From assembly GCA_965218885.1 (NCBI GenBank), contig OZ244713.1, forward strand, positions 3,128,638-3,192,637: DNA of 64,000 nt, read 5' to 3'. A program made the translations under genes and the position numbers. Shown one piece after another: positions 50,950 through 60,564 of the stretch; the first letter of the stretch is position 1; each line of letters starts with the position of its first letter. The notes beneath the pieces are model-generated. The model did not search any database. It worked only from the letters and a program-made list of their open reading frames with translations, and was not told the DNA's origin. The stretch is from a bacterium. Its GTDB lineage: Bacteria; UBA8248.

Positions 50950-51340
50950 GGAGCGGGCATATGCGGCATCAACACTCCCCCCTTGAGGGGGCTGTTGAAT
51001 AACCCTGTTTTCGTGATTCGGTGAATGGAACCAACCAGGGAGGGGGCCGTAGGGACAGGTCGCGACCTGTCCTTACGAAGCGGTGCGGCTTTGTTCGTCA
51101 TTCCGGCGAAAGCCGGAATCCATTTGTTTTGCCTTTGTTATTAATTTTCTGAATGAATCCCGCCAATGACGGGGAGATGAAATGACGGAGTAGTGTCATT
51201 CTGCTCGACAATGGATTCCGGCTTTCGCCGGAATGACGGCGGTGGTCAATTCAGGCCGAGGAGGTCTTTTTCAACAACCCCTTGAGGGTCGGGCTTCCCG
51301 AGGAGGAAAGACCGACCCTCAAGGGTGGAGTGATTTTAGG
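50950..51340. repeat. Cluster of three hairpin repeat elements
   Basis: cactccccccttgaggggg at 50965-50985. Inverted-repeat arms cgtcattccggcgaaagccggaatc and gattccggctttcgccggaatgacg at 51095-51120 and 51213-51238. cccttgagggtcgg ... ccgaccctcaaggg at 51279-51326. Confidence 0.7.
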
Positions 51341-52661
51341 AACTTTCCTCCTTCGGGACTTCCGACATCGCCCTCTCGTACTCAGCGATCCAAACTTCGG
51401 CTTCTTCTGCGGTGTAGGCTCCGATGATGGCTCCGCTGTATTGAGGTAATTCATTGCTTTCTGACTGGTCAATGTGGGGCGTCAATTTTTCTCGCAACCT
51501 CCTTGCTCCTTCATCGGATAAGCCCACGACAAGGGAATCCATATCTGCCTGGCTTAAGCCACCCGAAAAGAATACACCAGATAGATCAGTATCCCGACCG
51601 ATTGACCCCTTCATGCGTTCTGAAAACCCACCGGAAGGTTTCGGCCCACTACTGACCACTCCTTGAAATAGCGCCTTGTGAAGATCTGCCTCGTGCAACC
51701 GCGCTTTGGTTAGAATAGCCCCTTGAAACTGCGTCCCATTTTCCGGTTGCCCGTTAATTACATTCGCAAAAAGAGTGGCTCCGTACAGGCACGCCCAGGA
51801 AAGAATGGCTCCTTGTAGTCGCGCCCCGCCGAGATTGGCTTTGTGCAGTTGCGCCCCTGTAAGATCAGCCCCTTGCAAGTACGCATTGAGTAGAACAGCC
51901 TCTTGTAGGCGCGCCACCCTCAAACGCGCCCCTTGTAACTGAGCCCGCCAAAGAAAAACTCCTTGCAGTTGTGCCTCACGAAGATCAGACTTTTGCAGGT
52001 AGGTTTTGTCTAGGACGGCCCCTCGCAAACGCGCTTTTTCGAGATCGGCCCCATTAAGCCAACTCCCCTGCAAGTTGATGTCGAGGCCCTTAAAGATTTC
52101 ATGCTCCTGTACGAAAAGTAGCGTCAACAGACTCTGGATTTCCTCCGAGGGTTTCGACTTGTGCTGGTACCGATATTCGGTCTCGCCCGTTGTCCGGCGG
52201 ATGTGGGCGCAGAGAATATCCAACACAGTTTGACGAAGACTCTCGGTATCTTGCGCCAGATGGAAGAGTTCGTAGGCTCCGCCCAGGCGAACGGAGTCCG
52301 ACTCATGCCCCAGATGCTCGATGGCATTTTTCAGGCGCTCCTGCCGCAGTCCCTTCTCGGCGTTCTCGTTGGCTTTGGCTTGTTCCGCCGTGGCACCGGC
52401 CTGCGCGTTCGCCGCGTCCTCCATCGCCTTGGCGCGTTTGTAAGATAGTACAGCCTGGATGGCGAGCAGTATGCCGCCCATGGCGACACCGAGAAAATTC
52501 AGGATCCTGAATTTATCGGACAACCCAAAGAGCCTGAAGGCCCACTCCGGCTTTTCGTTGAACATGACGCCTGCAAAAGCCGCCAGCAGGCCCGCCAGTA
52601 AAGTAACGAGAAAAGGAACTATCGAGTTTTTCAGTTTGTTCAGGATCGTAATGTACATCAT
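51336..52661 (-). CDS. Membrane-anchored pentapeptide-repeat protein
   Basis: Two N-terminal TM helices, then about 30 tandem A(D/N)LxxAxLxGAxL pentapeptide units. Confidence 0.8.
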   Translation of the reverse strand: MMYITILNKLKNSIVPFLVTLLAGLLAAFAGVMFNEKPEWAFRLFGLSDKFRILNFLGVAMGGILLAIQAVLSYKRAKAMEDAANAQAGATAEQAKANENAEKGLRQERLKNAIEHLGHESDSVRLGGAYELFHLAQDTESLRQTVLDILCAHIRRTTGETEYRYQHKSKPSEEIQSLLTLLFVQEHEIFKGLDINLQGSWLNGADLEKARLRGAVLDKTYLQKSDLREAQLQGVFLWRAQLQGARLRVARLQEAVLLNAYLQGADLTGAQLHKANLGGARLQGAILSWACLYGATLFANVINGQPENGTQFQGAILTKARLHEADLHKALFQGVVSSGPKPSGGFSERMKGSIGRDTDLSGVFFSGGLSQADMDSLVVGLSDEGARRLREKLTPHIDQSESNELPQYSGAIIGAYTAEEAEVWIAEYERAMSEVPKEESS

Positions 52662-52830
52662 TTGCTCTCATTCTCACGCGGGCGGGGCCAACAGCCTAAA
52701 TCACTCCCCATCCCCATTCAAGCAGGTTACACAGCCCCCTTTATCTACTTCATGGATTTGGAATCATCAACAAAGGTATCGTCAACCAGAAGCCTTCGAG
52801 TGAAAAATCGGGTCGAGCCGGCTGGGGTTT

Positions 52831-53577
52831 TCAGCCGCCGAACGCGCGGGAGGCGAGGTAGGCGCCCAGCGCAAGAAGGGAGAGGAAGAATATCTTTCGG
52901 AACAACTGCTCGGAGAGTTTTTTTCGAATTCGTTGCCCGATGACCATTCCCGCCATCGCCGGCAGCAGGGCCATGGTGGAAAGGGCGCCGTGCTCGAGCC
53001 GCAGCAGGTTGTTGGCCTGAAGCGCGAAGCCGAGGGCCAGCGTAGATACCGCGAAAAGCATTCCCATCGCCTGAATCAGCGCGTCTCTCGAGAGGCCGAG
53101 CGCCTGAAGGTACATCACCCCCGGCACGACGAAGGATCCCGTCATGCCGGTCAGCACGCCGTTCACGAGCCCGACCAACGGGCCCACCCACCTTTCATGG
53201 CGGGCTTGGACCTGGAATCGCAATCCGAGCAGATTCGCGGCGGCGTACGCCACGAGCAGCAACCCGAGAAGCGCGGACAGCAATGAGAGATCGACGCGCG
53301 TCAGCGCGGACGCTCCGAGCCGCACGGTGATCGCCGCCACCAGCAGAAACAGCCAGATCCGGCGCAGAAGGGCCCAGCCGTGGCCGCCGACCATCGCCTG
53401 CCAGACGTTGGTCACGAAGGATGGCACGAGAAGCAGGGCCATCGCATTCGGCAGATTGATCGCCACCGCCAGAAGGGCGAGGCTGACCGTCGGGAGGCCA
53501 AGACCGATGACCCCTTTGACTGCGCCCGCCAGCAGGAAAGTTCCGGCGATTGAGAGGGTGGCGCCAGCTTCAAGCAT
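52831..53577 (-). CDS. TauE/SafE-family (TSUP) sulfite/anion exporter
   Basis: Polytopic membrane protein with duplicated GxGGG-like motifs (VIGLGLPTV, LTGMTGSFV). The probable start is MLEAGATLS. Confidence 0.75.
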   Translation of the reverse strand: MLEAGATLSIAGTFLLAGAVKGVIGLGLPTVSLALLAVAINLPNAMALLLVPSFVTNVWQAMVGGHGWALLRRIWLFLLVAAITVRLGASALTRVDLSLLSALLGLLLVAYAAANLLGLRFQVQARHERWVGPLVGLVNGVLTGMTGSFVVPGVMYLQALGLSRDALIQAMGMLFAVSTLALGFALQANNLLRLEHGALSTMALLPAMAGMVIGQRIRKKLSEQLFRKIFFLSLLALGAYLASRAFGG

Positions 53578-53992
53578 CTCGTTGTTCCTATGGCGGCGTT
53601 CGTCGATGCGCCCGCGGCGATACGCTCTTCCCGTCGGGTGATGGTTCCACCGCTTCAGTATCACACAGGCGACGCGTCGGCGCAGGGCGGGAGGTGAATC
53701 GTCGGCAGGCGGCCCCCTGCTTCGCCGCCGCGCTCCACCATGCCAGGGAGGGGTTTGCTGCTTGCCGGAAGGCCCGCGCTCATCGTCATCCCTTCACTAG
53801 CACGTGTGTTTGTTGATCCTTGCCGCCGAGGCCTCGTCCCATTCGACCCCGGCGCCGATCAGTGCGTCCGCCTCGGCGTATGCTTCATGGATGCGTATCG
53901 ATTGCTCTTTCGCCTCAGTTGCCATCAAAAACCCCCTTGTGTAGTGTTGTTCGAAATATACATCTTAGAAATCCTGCACGGGGGAGGATGCC

Positions 53993-55381
53993 ATGGTTGC
54001 AAAGACCAAGGTGGATGTTCTGATTGAGAACGGAACCGTCGTCACCGTGGACCCGGAGCGGAGGGTCATCCGCAACGGCGCCGTCGCCATTGCGAAGAAC
54101 CGCATCAAGGACGTCGGGAAGGCTTCCGCCCTCAGGAGAAAATACGAGGCCGAACGGACCTACGACGCCACCATGAAGCTCGTCACCCCCGGCCTGATCA
54201 ACGCGCACATCCACTTCTACCACCACATGCACCGGGGCCTCTCGCCCGAGACCCTGGCGGGGATGCCGTGGTCCGATTTCGTCCACCGCCGCGTCGCCAC
54301 CATCGTGAGCGCCGAGGACGAGATATGGGGCGGTCTCGGGATTCTGGTCGAAACCCTCAAGACGGGGGTGACGACCTTCCTCGAGGCGGGCTCCTACAAC
54401 CCCGGCCCCGTCATCGAGGGCGTTTCCCGGATCGGAATGCGGGGCTTGATGGGCCGCAGGTCCTTCGACATGGTGAGCCAGGGCCACAACATGCTGGTCG
54501 AGAGCACCCGAAAGTGCCTGAACGAGAACGAGAAGTTCATGAAGGACTACCGGGGCGGGGTGGGGCTCGTGAAGCCCTGCGTCGTCGTCGTCGGGATGGG
54601 GCGCTGCTCGGACCGGCTCTACCAAAAGTCCAAGGAGATGGCGGACAGGCACAGGACCATCCTCCACATGCACCAGGCCAACATGATCGAGAACGTCCAG
54701 GAGAGCCTGAACCTGAACGGCGCCCGCCCCATCGAGCATCTGTATAATATCGGCGCCCTCGGAAAGAACGTGGCCCTCACCCACATGGTCCACGTGAGCG
54801 GCAAGGAAATCGGGTTTCTCGCCGAGACGGGGACGAATGTCCTGCATTGTCCGAGCACCGCCATGAAGATCAGCTACGGCCTCTCCGCCTTCGGGAAGTT
54901 CCCGGAGATGATGGAGGCGGGCGTCAACGTCGCCATCGGAACCGACGCTTCGGACTGCTCCAACTTCAACGACATGGTGCGCCTCATGTATCTGGCGGCG
55001 GCGACCCCGAAGGACTACCGCTACGACCCGGCCGCGGGAAGCGCCGAAAAGGCCATCGAGATGGCGACCATCAACGGCGCCAGGGCGATGAACATGGAGA
55101 GGGAGATCGGTTCCATCGAGCCGGGCAAGAAGGCCGACATCGCCATCTTCGACATGAAGCGGCCGGACTGGGCCCCCCTCTACAACGAGCTCCAGAATTT
55201 CGTCTATTCGGCCCAGGGGAGCAGTTGCGAGAGCGTCATGGTCGACGGGAAGTTCGTGATGGAGAACCGCGAGGTCAAATCGATAGACGAGATGGAGATC
55301 GTGGAGCGGATCGGGCGCCGGGCGAAAGAGGTCTTGAAGAGGAGCAAGGTGCCGCTCTACAGCCCGTGGAAGTTCATCTAG
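53993..55381 (+). CDS. Amidohydrolase of the TRZ/ATZ family (MTA/SAH- or guanine-deaminase-like)
   Basis: LINAHIHF metal motif; 462 aa. Confidence 0.8.
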   Translation: MVAKTKVDVLIENGTVVTVDPERRVIRNGAVAIAKNRIKDVGKASALRRKYEAERTYDATMKLVTPGLINAHIHFYHHMHRGLSPETLAGMPWSDFVHRRVATIVSAEDEIWGGLGILVETLKTGVTTFLEAGSYNPGPVIEGVSRIGMRGLMGRRSFDMVSQGHNMLVESTRKCLNENEKFMKDYRGGVGLVKPCVVVVGMGRCSDRLYQKSKEMADRHRTILHMHQANMIENVQESLNLNGARPIEHLYNIGALGKNVALTHMVHVSGKEIGFLAETGTNVLHCPSTAMKISYGLSAFGKFPEMMEAGVNVAIGTDASDCSNFNDMVRLMYLAAATPKDYRYDPAAGSAEKAIEMATINGARAMNMEREIGSIEPGKKADIAIFDMKRPDWAPLYNELQNFVYSAQGSSCESVMVDGKFVMENREVKSIDEMEIVERIGRRAKEVLKRSKVPLYSPWKFI

Positions 55382-55429
55382 TCCCGGCCGGCGGGCTTTC
55401 CCGGCCGCTCGGACGAGGAGGAGGCCCTC

Positions 55430-56563
55430 ATGACTCGCATCGCCACCACCCACGTCGGGTCGCTCCCGCGAAGCCAGCGGGCGCTCGATTTTCTCTTCGC
55501 CCGCGACCGGGACGAGCCCTACGACCCGGCCGACTTCGCCGCCTGCATGGCGCAGGAGTGCGCGGAGACGGTTCGCCGGCAGGTCGAAGCCGGTATCGAC
55601 ATCGTCTCGGACGGCGAGACGTCCAAGATTTCCTACACCACCTACGTCAAGAACCGCTACACCGGTTTTTCCGGGAACAGCGAGCGAGCCGTGCCGGGGG
55701 ACCTGAAACTCTTCCCGCGCTATCTCGAACGCCTCGCGCGCGAAGGCGGAACGCCCAAGCTCGCCCGCCCGCGCTGCACCGGGCCGGTAGCGCCGAAGGA
55801 CGACGCCGACCTTAGGGCCGACATCGCCAATATGAAGAACGCCATGGCGGCGCATGGCGCGCAGCGCGGATTCTTGAACGCGGCGTCGCCCGGCGTCATC
55901 GCGCAATTCATGCCGAACGCCTACTATCCTTCTCGAGATGCCTACCTCGAGGCCCTCGCCGACGCGATGAAGCCGGAGTACGACGCGATCCTCGCGGCGG
56001 GCTTCGACCTGCAGCTCGACTGCCCGGACTTAGGCCTCGCGCGCCACGTGCTGTACGAGGATCGTTCCGACGCCGAGTTCGGTGAGATCGCGGCTGCCAA
56101 CGTCGAGATACTGAACCACGCGCTGCGCGACGCCGACCCGGCGCGGGTGCGGGTCCACATCTGCTGGGGAAACTACGAGGGGCCTCACGTTTGCGACGTC
56201 GCGCTGAATCACGTGTTCTCCGCCTTGATGTCGGCCCGCGCCCGCTACGTCCTGTTCGAGAACGCCAACCCGCGGCACGAGCACGAATGGACCGTATTTC
56301 GAGACCGGCGGGCCGAGATCCCCGACGAGATGATCCTCGTGCCCGGAGTCATCGACTCGACGAGCAACTTCGTGGAGCATCCCGAACTCATCGCGCAGCG
56401 GATCGGGCGCTTCGTGGAGCTCGTGGGTCCGGAGCGGGTCATCGCCGGAACCGACTGCGGATTCGGGACGTTCGCCGGTTTCGGGGCGGTCGACCCCGAC
56501 ATCGTCTTCGTCAAGCTCGCAGCGTTGGCGGAGGGGGCCGCCATGGCGTCCGAGAGAATATGA
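55430..56563 (+). CDS. Cobalamin-independent methionine synthase (MetE C-terminal domain)-like protein
   Basis: UroD/MetE-like barrel (ICWGNYEG, GTDCGFG); 377 aa. Likely in an operon with the amidohydrolase. Confidence 0.75.
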   Translation: MTRIATTHVGSLPRSQRALDFLFARDRDEPYDPADFAACMAQECAETVRRQVEAGIDIVSDGETSKISYTTYVKNRYTGFSGNSERAVPGDLKLFPRYLERLAREGGTPKLARPRCTGPVAPKDDADLRADIANMKNAMAAHGAQRGFLNAASPGVIAQFMPNAYYPSRDAYLEALADAMKPEYDAILAAGFDLQLDCPDLGLARHVLYEDRSDAEFGEIAAANVEILNHALRDADPARVRVHICWGNYEGPHVCDVALNHVFSALMSARARYVLFENANPRHEHEWTVFRDRRAEIPDEMILVPGVIDSTSNFVEHPELIAQRIGRFVELVGPERVIAGTDCGFGTFAGFGAVDPDIVFVKLAALAEGAAMASERI

Positions 56564-56565
56564 CG

Positions 56566-56835
56566 CGCGCAGCAACCGGCGGGCCGAGATCCCCGACGAG
56601 ATGATCCTCGTGCCCGGAGTCATCGACTCGACGAGCAACTTCGTGGAGCATCCCGAACTCGTCGCGCAGCGGATCGGGCGCTTCGTGGAGCTCGTGGGTT
56701 CGGAGCGGGTCATCGCCGGAACCGACTGCGGATTCGGGACGTTCGCCGGTTTCGGATCGGTCGATCCCGACATCGTTTACGTCAAGCTCGCAGCGTTGGC
56801 GGGGGGCGCCGCCATGGCGTCCGAGAGAATATGAC
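56566..56835 (+). repeat. Tandem direct duplication (~270 bp, ~97% identical) of the 3' end of the MetE-like gene (source 56296-56565)
   Basis: The duplicate encodes MILVPGVIDSTSNFVEHPELVAQRIGRF...AMASERI, identical to the parental C-terminus except for about 6 substitutions. Confidence 0.85.
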
Positions 56836-56943
56836 GCGCGTCGGAACCGGCGCACGCGGCAAGACCCCCCTTTCCCGGGTTGTTGAAAAAATCCTCCCAC
56901 ATACAGGGAATGGATTTCTAAATCGACATAAGTTTATGAATTC

Positions 56944-57135
56944 ACTCCCCCCTTGAGGGGGAGTCGATTAAGCCGAGCGTTTTTTGCGAAGGCTGAATCG
57001 GTGGGGGGACGGTTCTAAATTAAAAGCTCCCCCCACCGGCGCGACTTCGGGCTTCGCCCTCGTCTTGCCGACGGACTTTCCCCTCGGAAAGCCCGACCCT
57101 CAAGGGGGGAGTGGTTCCTCTCTCCTCGGACTTTT
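56944..57135. repeat. Second copy (inverse orientation) of the structured MITE-like element seen at 49642-49792
   Basis: cactccccccttgagggggagtcg at 56944-56967. G6/C6 hairpin at 56998-57040. gaccctcaaggggggagtgg at 57097-57116. Confidence 0.7.
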
Positions 57136-57249
57136 TCAACAGCTCACTTCCAGAGAAACCGACGCGGGAGAACTATGGACTAGAAAACAGCTCTTGCATG
57201 CTAACCTGTTTATGGACTATATTTGGACCGAATGGGGGGGGGGAGATCT

Positions 57250-57525
57250 ATGAGCCTGTCCAGCCGGATCAAGCCAATCAGTTATCTCAAGGCCCATGCC
57301 TCTGAGATCGTGCGCACGCTTCGGGACGAACCGGAACCCTTGATCATCACCCAGAACGGCGAAGCCAAGGCGGTCGTGCAGGATATCGACGCCTACGAGC
57401 AGACTCAGGAGACCATGGCCCTGCTCAAGATCCTCGCGCTGGGCAGCCGCCAGGTCGAAGCGGGCCGGATGCAACCCGCCGCCGACACCATCGCGCGGCT
57501 GCGGGAGCGGCGACAGACTCCCTGA
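57250..57525 (+). CDS. Phd/YefM-family type II antitoxin
   Basis: MSLSSRIKPISYLKAHASEIVR...PLIITQNGEAKAVV with a GGGGGGGA RBS. Its stop overlaps the toxin start (ATGA). Confidence 0.8.
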   Translation: MSLSSRIKPISYLKAHASEIVRTLRDEPEPLIITQNGEAKAVVQDIDAYEQTQETMALLKILALGSRQVEAGRMQPAADTIARLRERRQTP

Positions 57526-57851
57526 TGCCCTTCCCGGTTCAGTTGACCGATGACGCGGCGCGCGACCTGGAAGAACTCTTCGACTACGTCGAAAGACACG
57601 ATGCGCAGGACAGGGCGGAGCACATGCCGGAGCGGATAGAAAAGGTGTTCGACAGCCTGTCCGCGCATCCTCACCGGGGAAATTATCCGAAAGAATTGCT
57701 GGAGGTCGGGATACGGGAGTACCGGGAAGTCTTCTTCAAGCCCTACCGCGTCATCTACCGGGTGATGGAAAGAGACGTCTATGTGCTCCTGATCGCCGAT
57801 GGGCGGCGCGACATGCAGACGCTGCTGCAGAGGCGCTTGCTGGGGGCGTGA
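57525..57851 (+). CDS. RelE/ParE-family type II toxin
   Basis: 108 aa with the typical YRVIYRV...VYVLLIADGRRD C-terminal motif. Confidence 0.8.
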   Translation: MPFPVQLTDDAARDLEELFDYVERHDAQDRAEHMPERIEKVFDSLSAHPHRGNYPKELLEVGIREYREVFFKPYRVIYRVMERDVYVLLIADGRRDMQTLLQRRLLGA

Positions 57852-57963
57852 CCCTCTCTTTGGCCTGTCCAGGGCGAGCTTCACTCCGGGTCCCCGCCCC
57901 GCCCCGGGTGCCGGGGAGGGGCCGGGGGCCTTTGTTCGGCTTCTCGCCACTTCCGCCAAGCGG

Positions 57964-58929
57964 CTATTTCTTCTTCTTCACGAGCTTGTTCACGAGCGCC
58001 TTCATATTGCCGTTTTCTTCCATCATGAAGGACTCGAAATCCTTTCCGCTCATGTAGATCACCCGCTCGCCCATGCGCTTCACCATGGAGCGGAAGGATT
58101 TGTCCTTCACTCCCTTGTCGAAGGCCGCCCGTAGCTTCGCCAGGATGTCCGCGGGCGTCTTCTTGGACGCGAAGACCGTCCGGAACATGGCGAACTGGAC
58201 GTCGTAGCCCTGCTCCTTCATCGTGGGCAGGTTGGGAAGCTGGGGCAGCCGGTCGGGCGCAGTTATGGCGAGAACGCGGACATCTCCCTTGGAAAGAGAG
58301 GGCATCACCGTGGAGGCGAAGGCGGGGGCGATGTCGATGTGCCCGCCGAGGAAGGCCTGCCAGGTGGGGCCGCCGCCCTGGAAGGGAACGAACTTCAACT
58401 TGATGCCGGCCTTCAGCGAGAGAAGCTCCATGGGAATCTGGTCCACCCCCAGGCCGGGGACGCCCCCGAAGGAGATCTTGCCCGGCCTGCGCTTGGCGTC
58501 CTCGATCAGATCGCGGAGGTTCTTCCAGGGGGCGTCTTTCTTCACGGTAATGAGAAGGGGGCTGTAGTTGATTCGCCCCACCGGCACGAAAGACGCCGAG
58601 GAATAGGGAAGGCTCTCCAGGAGAGGCTTCACCAGGATGCTCTGCTGGTCGCCCAGGATCAGGGTGTGCCCGTCCGCCCGCGCGCGGGCCACGAAGCTCG
58701 CTCCGATGGAGCCGCCGCCGCCCGCTCGAATGACCGCGAGCATGGGTTGGCCCAGATAGGGTTCCATGACGCTCGCGAAGGCGCGCGCGTGCGCGTCGTG
58801 CGAGCCGCCCGGCGAATAGGGGATGACCAGCCGGACGGGCTTGTTCGGGAACTTCGCGGCCCCCGCGTGGGTTGGCGCCAGCCAAAGAGCCATGGCCGCG
58901 ATGAGCAAAACTGCCGAGAGTCGTTTCAT
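57964..58929 (-). CDS. tctC: Tripartite tricarboxylate transporter substrate-binding protein (Bug/TctC family)
   Basis: Signal peptide plus the Bug-family fold; 321 aa. Confidence 0.85.
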   Translation of the reverse strand: MKRLSAVLLIAAMALWLAPTHAGAAKFPNKPVRLVIPYSPGGSHDAHARAFASVMEPYLGQPMLAVIRAGGGGSIGASFVARARADGHTLILGDQQSILVKPLLESLPYSSASFVPVGRINYSPLLITVKKDAPWKNLRDLIEDAKRRPGKISFGGVPGLGVDQIPMELLSLKAGIKLKFVPFQGGGPTWQAFLGGHIDIAPAFASTVMPSLSKGDVRVLAITAPDRLPQLPNLPTMKEQGYDVQFAMFRTVFASKKTPADILAKLRAAFDKGVKDKSFRSMVKRMGERVIYMSGKDFESFMMEENGNMKALVNKLVKKKK

Positions 58930-58998
58930 GGGAAGTTCCTCCTGTGTGTTGTTCCTGCCATCTGTGAAATCATGCGCCCCGATATGGTGAAACCCTCC

Positions 58999-60564
58999 TC
59001 ATTCATCGCCGGCCAGCGGGGATCGGCGGCGGGCGCCCCAGACGACGACACCTGCGGCCAGCAAAATGAAGACGAGCGAAATAGGCCGGCGGACGAACAG
59101 GGAGAGGTCACCGTCTCCCATAATGAGCGATTGTCCGAGGGAAGACTCGAACGCCCGCCCCAGAATGAAGGTGATGATCAGGGGGGCGATCGGGAAATCG
59201 AATTTTCGAAGAAAATAGCCCACCACCCCGAAGACCAGCATCACCTTCACGTCGAAGAAGCTGTTGTTCAGGGCGTATGTCCCCACCACGCAGAACGCCG
59301 CCACCACGGGGAAGACCGCCCGCTTCGGAAACCGCGCGATCTGGGCCACGTAGCGCAGGCTGAAGAACCCGAGGACCAGCATGAGGACGTTGCAGAGCAG
59401 CATGGCGATCAGGATGCTGTACACGATCGCGCCGTGATCCTCGAAGAGGCGCGGCCCCGGCCGGAGCCCCTGCACCATGAAGGCGGCGAAGAGCACCGCG
59501 GTCACGATGTCGCCCGGAATGCCGAAGCTGAGCAGGGGGATGAGGCTCGAGCCGTTGACCGCGTTGTTGCCGGTCTCGGCGGCAGCCACCCCCTCCAGCG
59601 ATCCTTTCCCGAACCGCTCGGGCTCCTTGGACCTGCGGTACGCCAGGCCGTAGGAGACGAACGCGGATACCACCTGACCCAGGCCCGGTATCGCGCCGAT
59701 GATCGTGCCGACCACCGCCGAGCGAGAGATCGTCCGGCCGCAGCTCTTGAACTCCTCCAGGGTCAGGGGTTCGTTGCCCTCGGCGCGCCACGCGGTCATG
59801 CGCTTCTCGTCCTCGGTGTTTCGCTCCTCTCGGGACCTCTCTGCGTAGAGGAAGATCTCCGAGAGCGCGAAGATTCCGATAAGCATCGCGATGAACGAGA
59901 TTCCCCCGGTCATGTCCACCGAACCGAAGGTGAAGCGCCGCACCCCGATCAGGGGGTCGAGGCCGACCGAGCTCAGAAACAGCCCGAGGGCGGCGGACAT
60001 CAGCCCCCGAAGCACCGAGCGGCCCGTGACGCAGCTGATGATGGCGAAGCTGAAGACGAAGATGGCGAAATATTCCGGGGGGCCCACCAGGATGGCGACC
60101 GCCGCGATGGCGCCCGCGATGAAGATGGTGACGAGATCGCTGAAAGTGTCCCCGATGACGGAGGAATACAGGGCCATCTCGAGGGCCTTTCTCGCCTTTC
60201 CCTGCTGGGCGAGGGGGTAGCCGTCCAGGACGGTGGCCGCGGCCGCGCCCGTCCCCGGAGTGTTGATCAGGATCGCGGGTATCGAACCGCCGAATATCGC
60301 TCCCTTCGTGATGGCCAGGAGGAAGGGAATCCCCAGAACGGGTTCGACGAAGAAGGAGATCGGCAGCAGAACCGCCACCGCCATGGCGGCCGTGAGGCCG
60401 GGGAGGCCGCCCACCACGATCCCCAGCGACATTCCGAGCACCAGGACCGCGAGCACGTCGAAGCGCAGGCACAGGAGCAGGCCTTGCGCCAGCTGGGCCC
60501 ACATTTTAGAAGACCCCGCCCGAAAGTCTGCCCTCCGGCAGCACGACGCCCAGGAAACGGCCAA
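58999..60564 (-). CDS. tctA: Tripartite tricarboxylate transporter permease TctA
   Basis: 521 aa, polytopic, with the TctA family pattern. Confidence 0.85.
   Translation of the reverse strand: MAVSWASCCRRADFRAGSSKMWAQLAQGLLLCLRFDVLAVLVLGMSLGIVVGGLPGLTAAMAVAVLLPISFFVEPVLGIPFLLAITKGAIFGGSIPAILINTPGTGAAAATVLDGYPLAQQGKARKALEMALYSSVIGDTFSDLVTIFIAGAIAAVAILVGPPEYFAIFVFSFAIISCVTGRSVLRGLMSAALGLFLSSVGLDPLIGVRRFTFGSVDMTGGISFIAMLIGIFALSEIFLYAERSREERNTEDEKRMTAWRAEGNEPLTLEEFKSCGRTISRSAVVGTIIGAIPGLGQVVSAFVSYGLAYRRSKEPERFGKGSLEGVAAAETGNNAVNGSSLIPLLSFGIPGDIVTAVLFAAFMVQGLRPGPRLFEDHGAIVYSILIAMLLCNVLMLVLGFFSLRYVAQIARFPKRAVFPVVAAFCVVGTYALNNSFFDVKVMLVFGVVGYFLRKFDFPIAPLIITFILGRAFESSLGQSLIMGDGDLSLFVRRPISLVFILLAAGVVVWGARRRSPLAGDE

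Noticed and set aside
56601-56834. 77-aa ORF after the MetE-like gene
   Set aside because: It is a duplicated 3' gene fragment with no start context of its own. It is reported as a tandem duplication rather than a gene.
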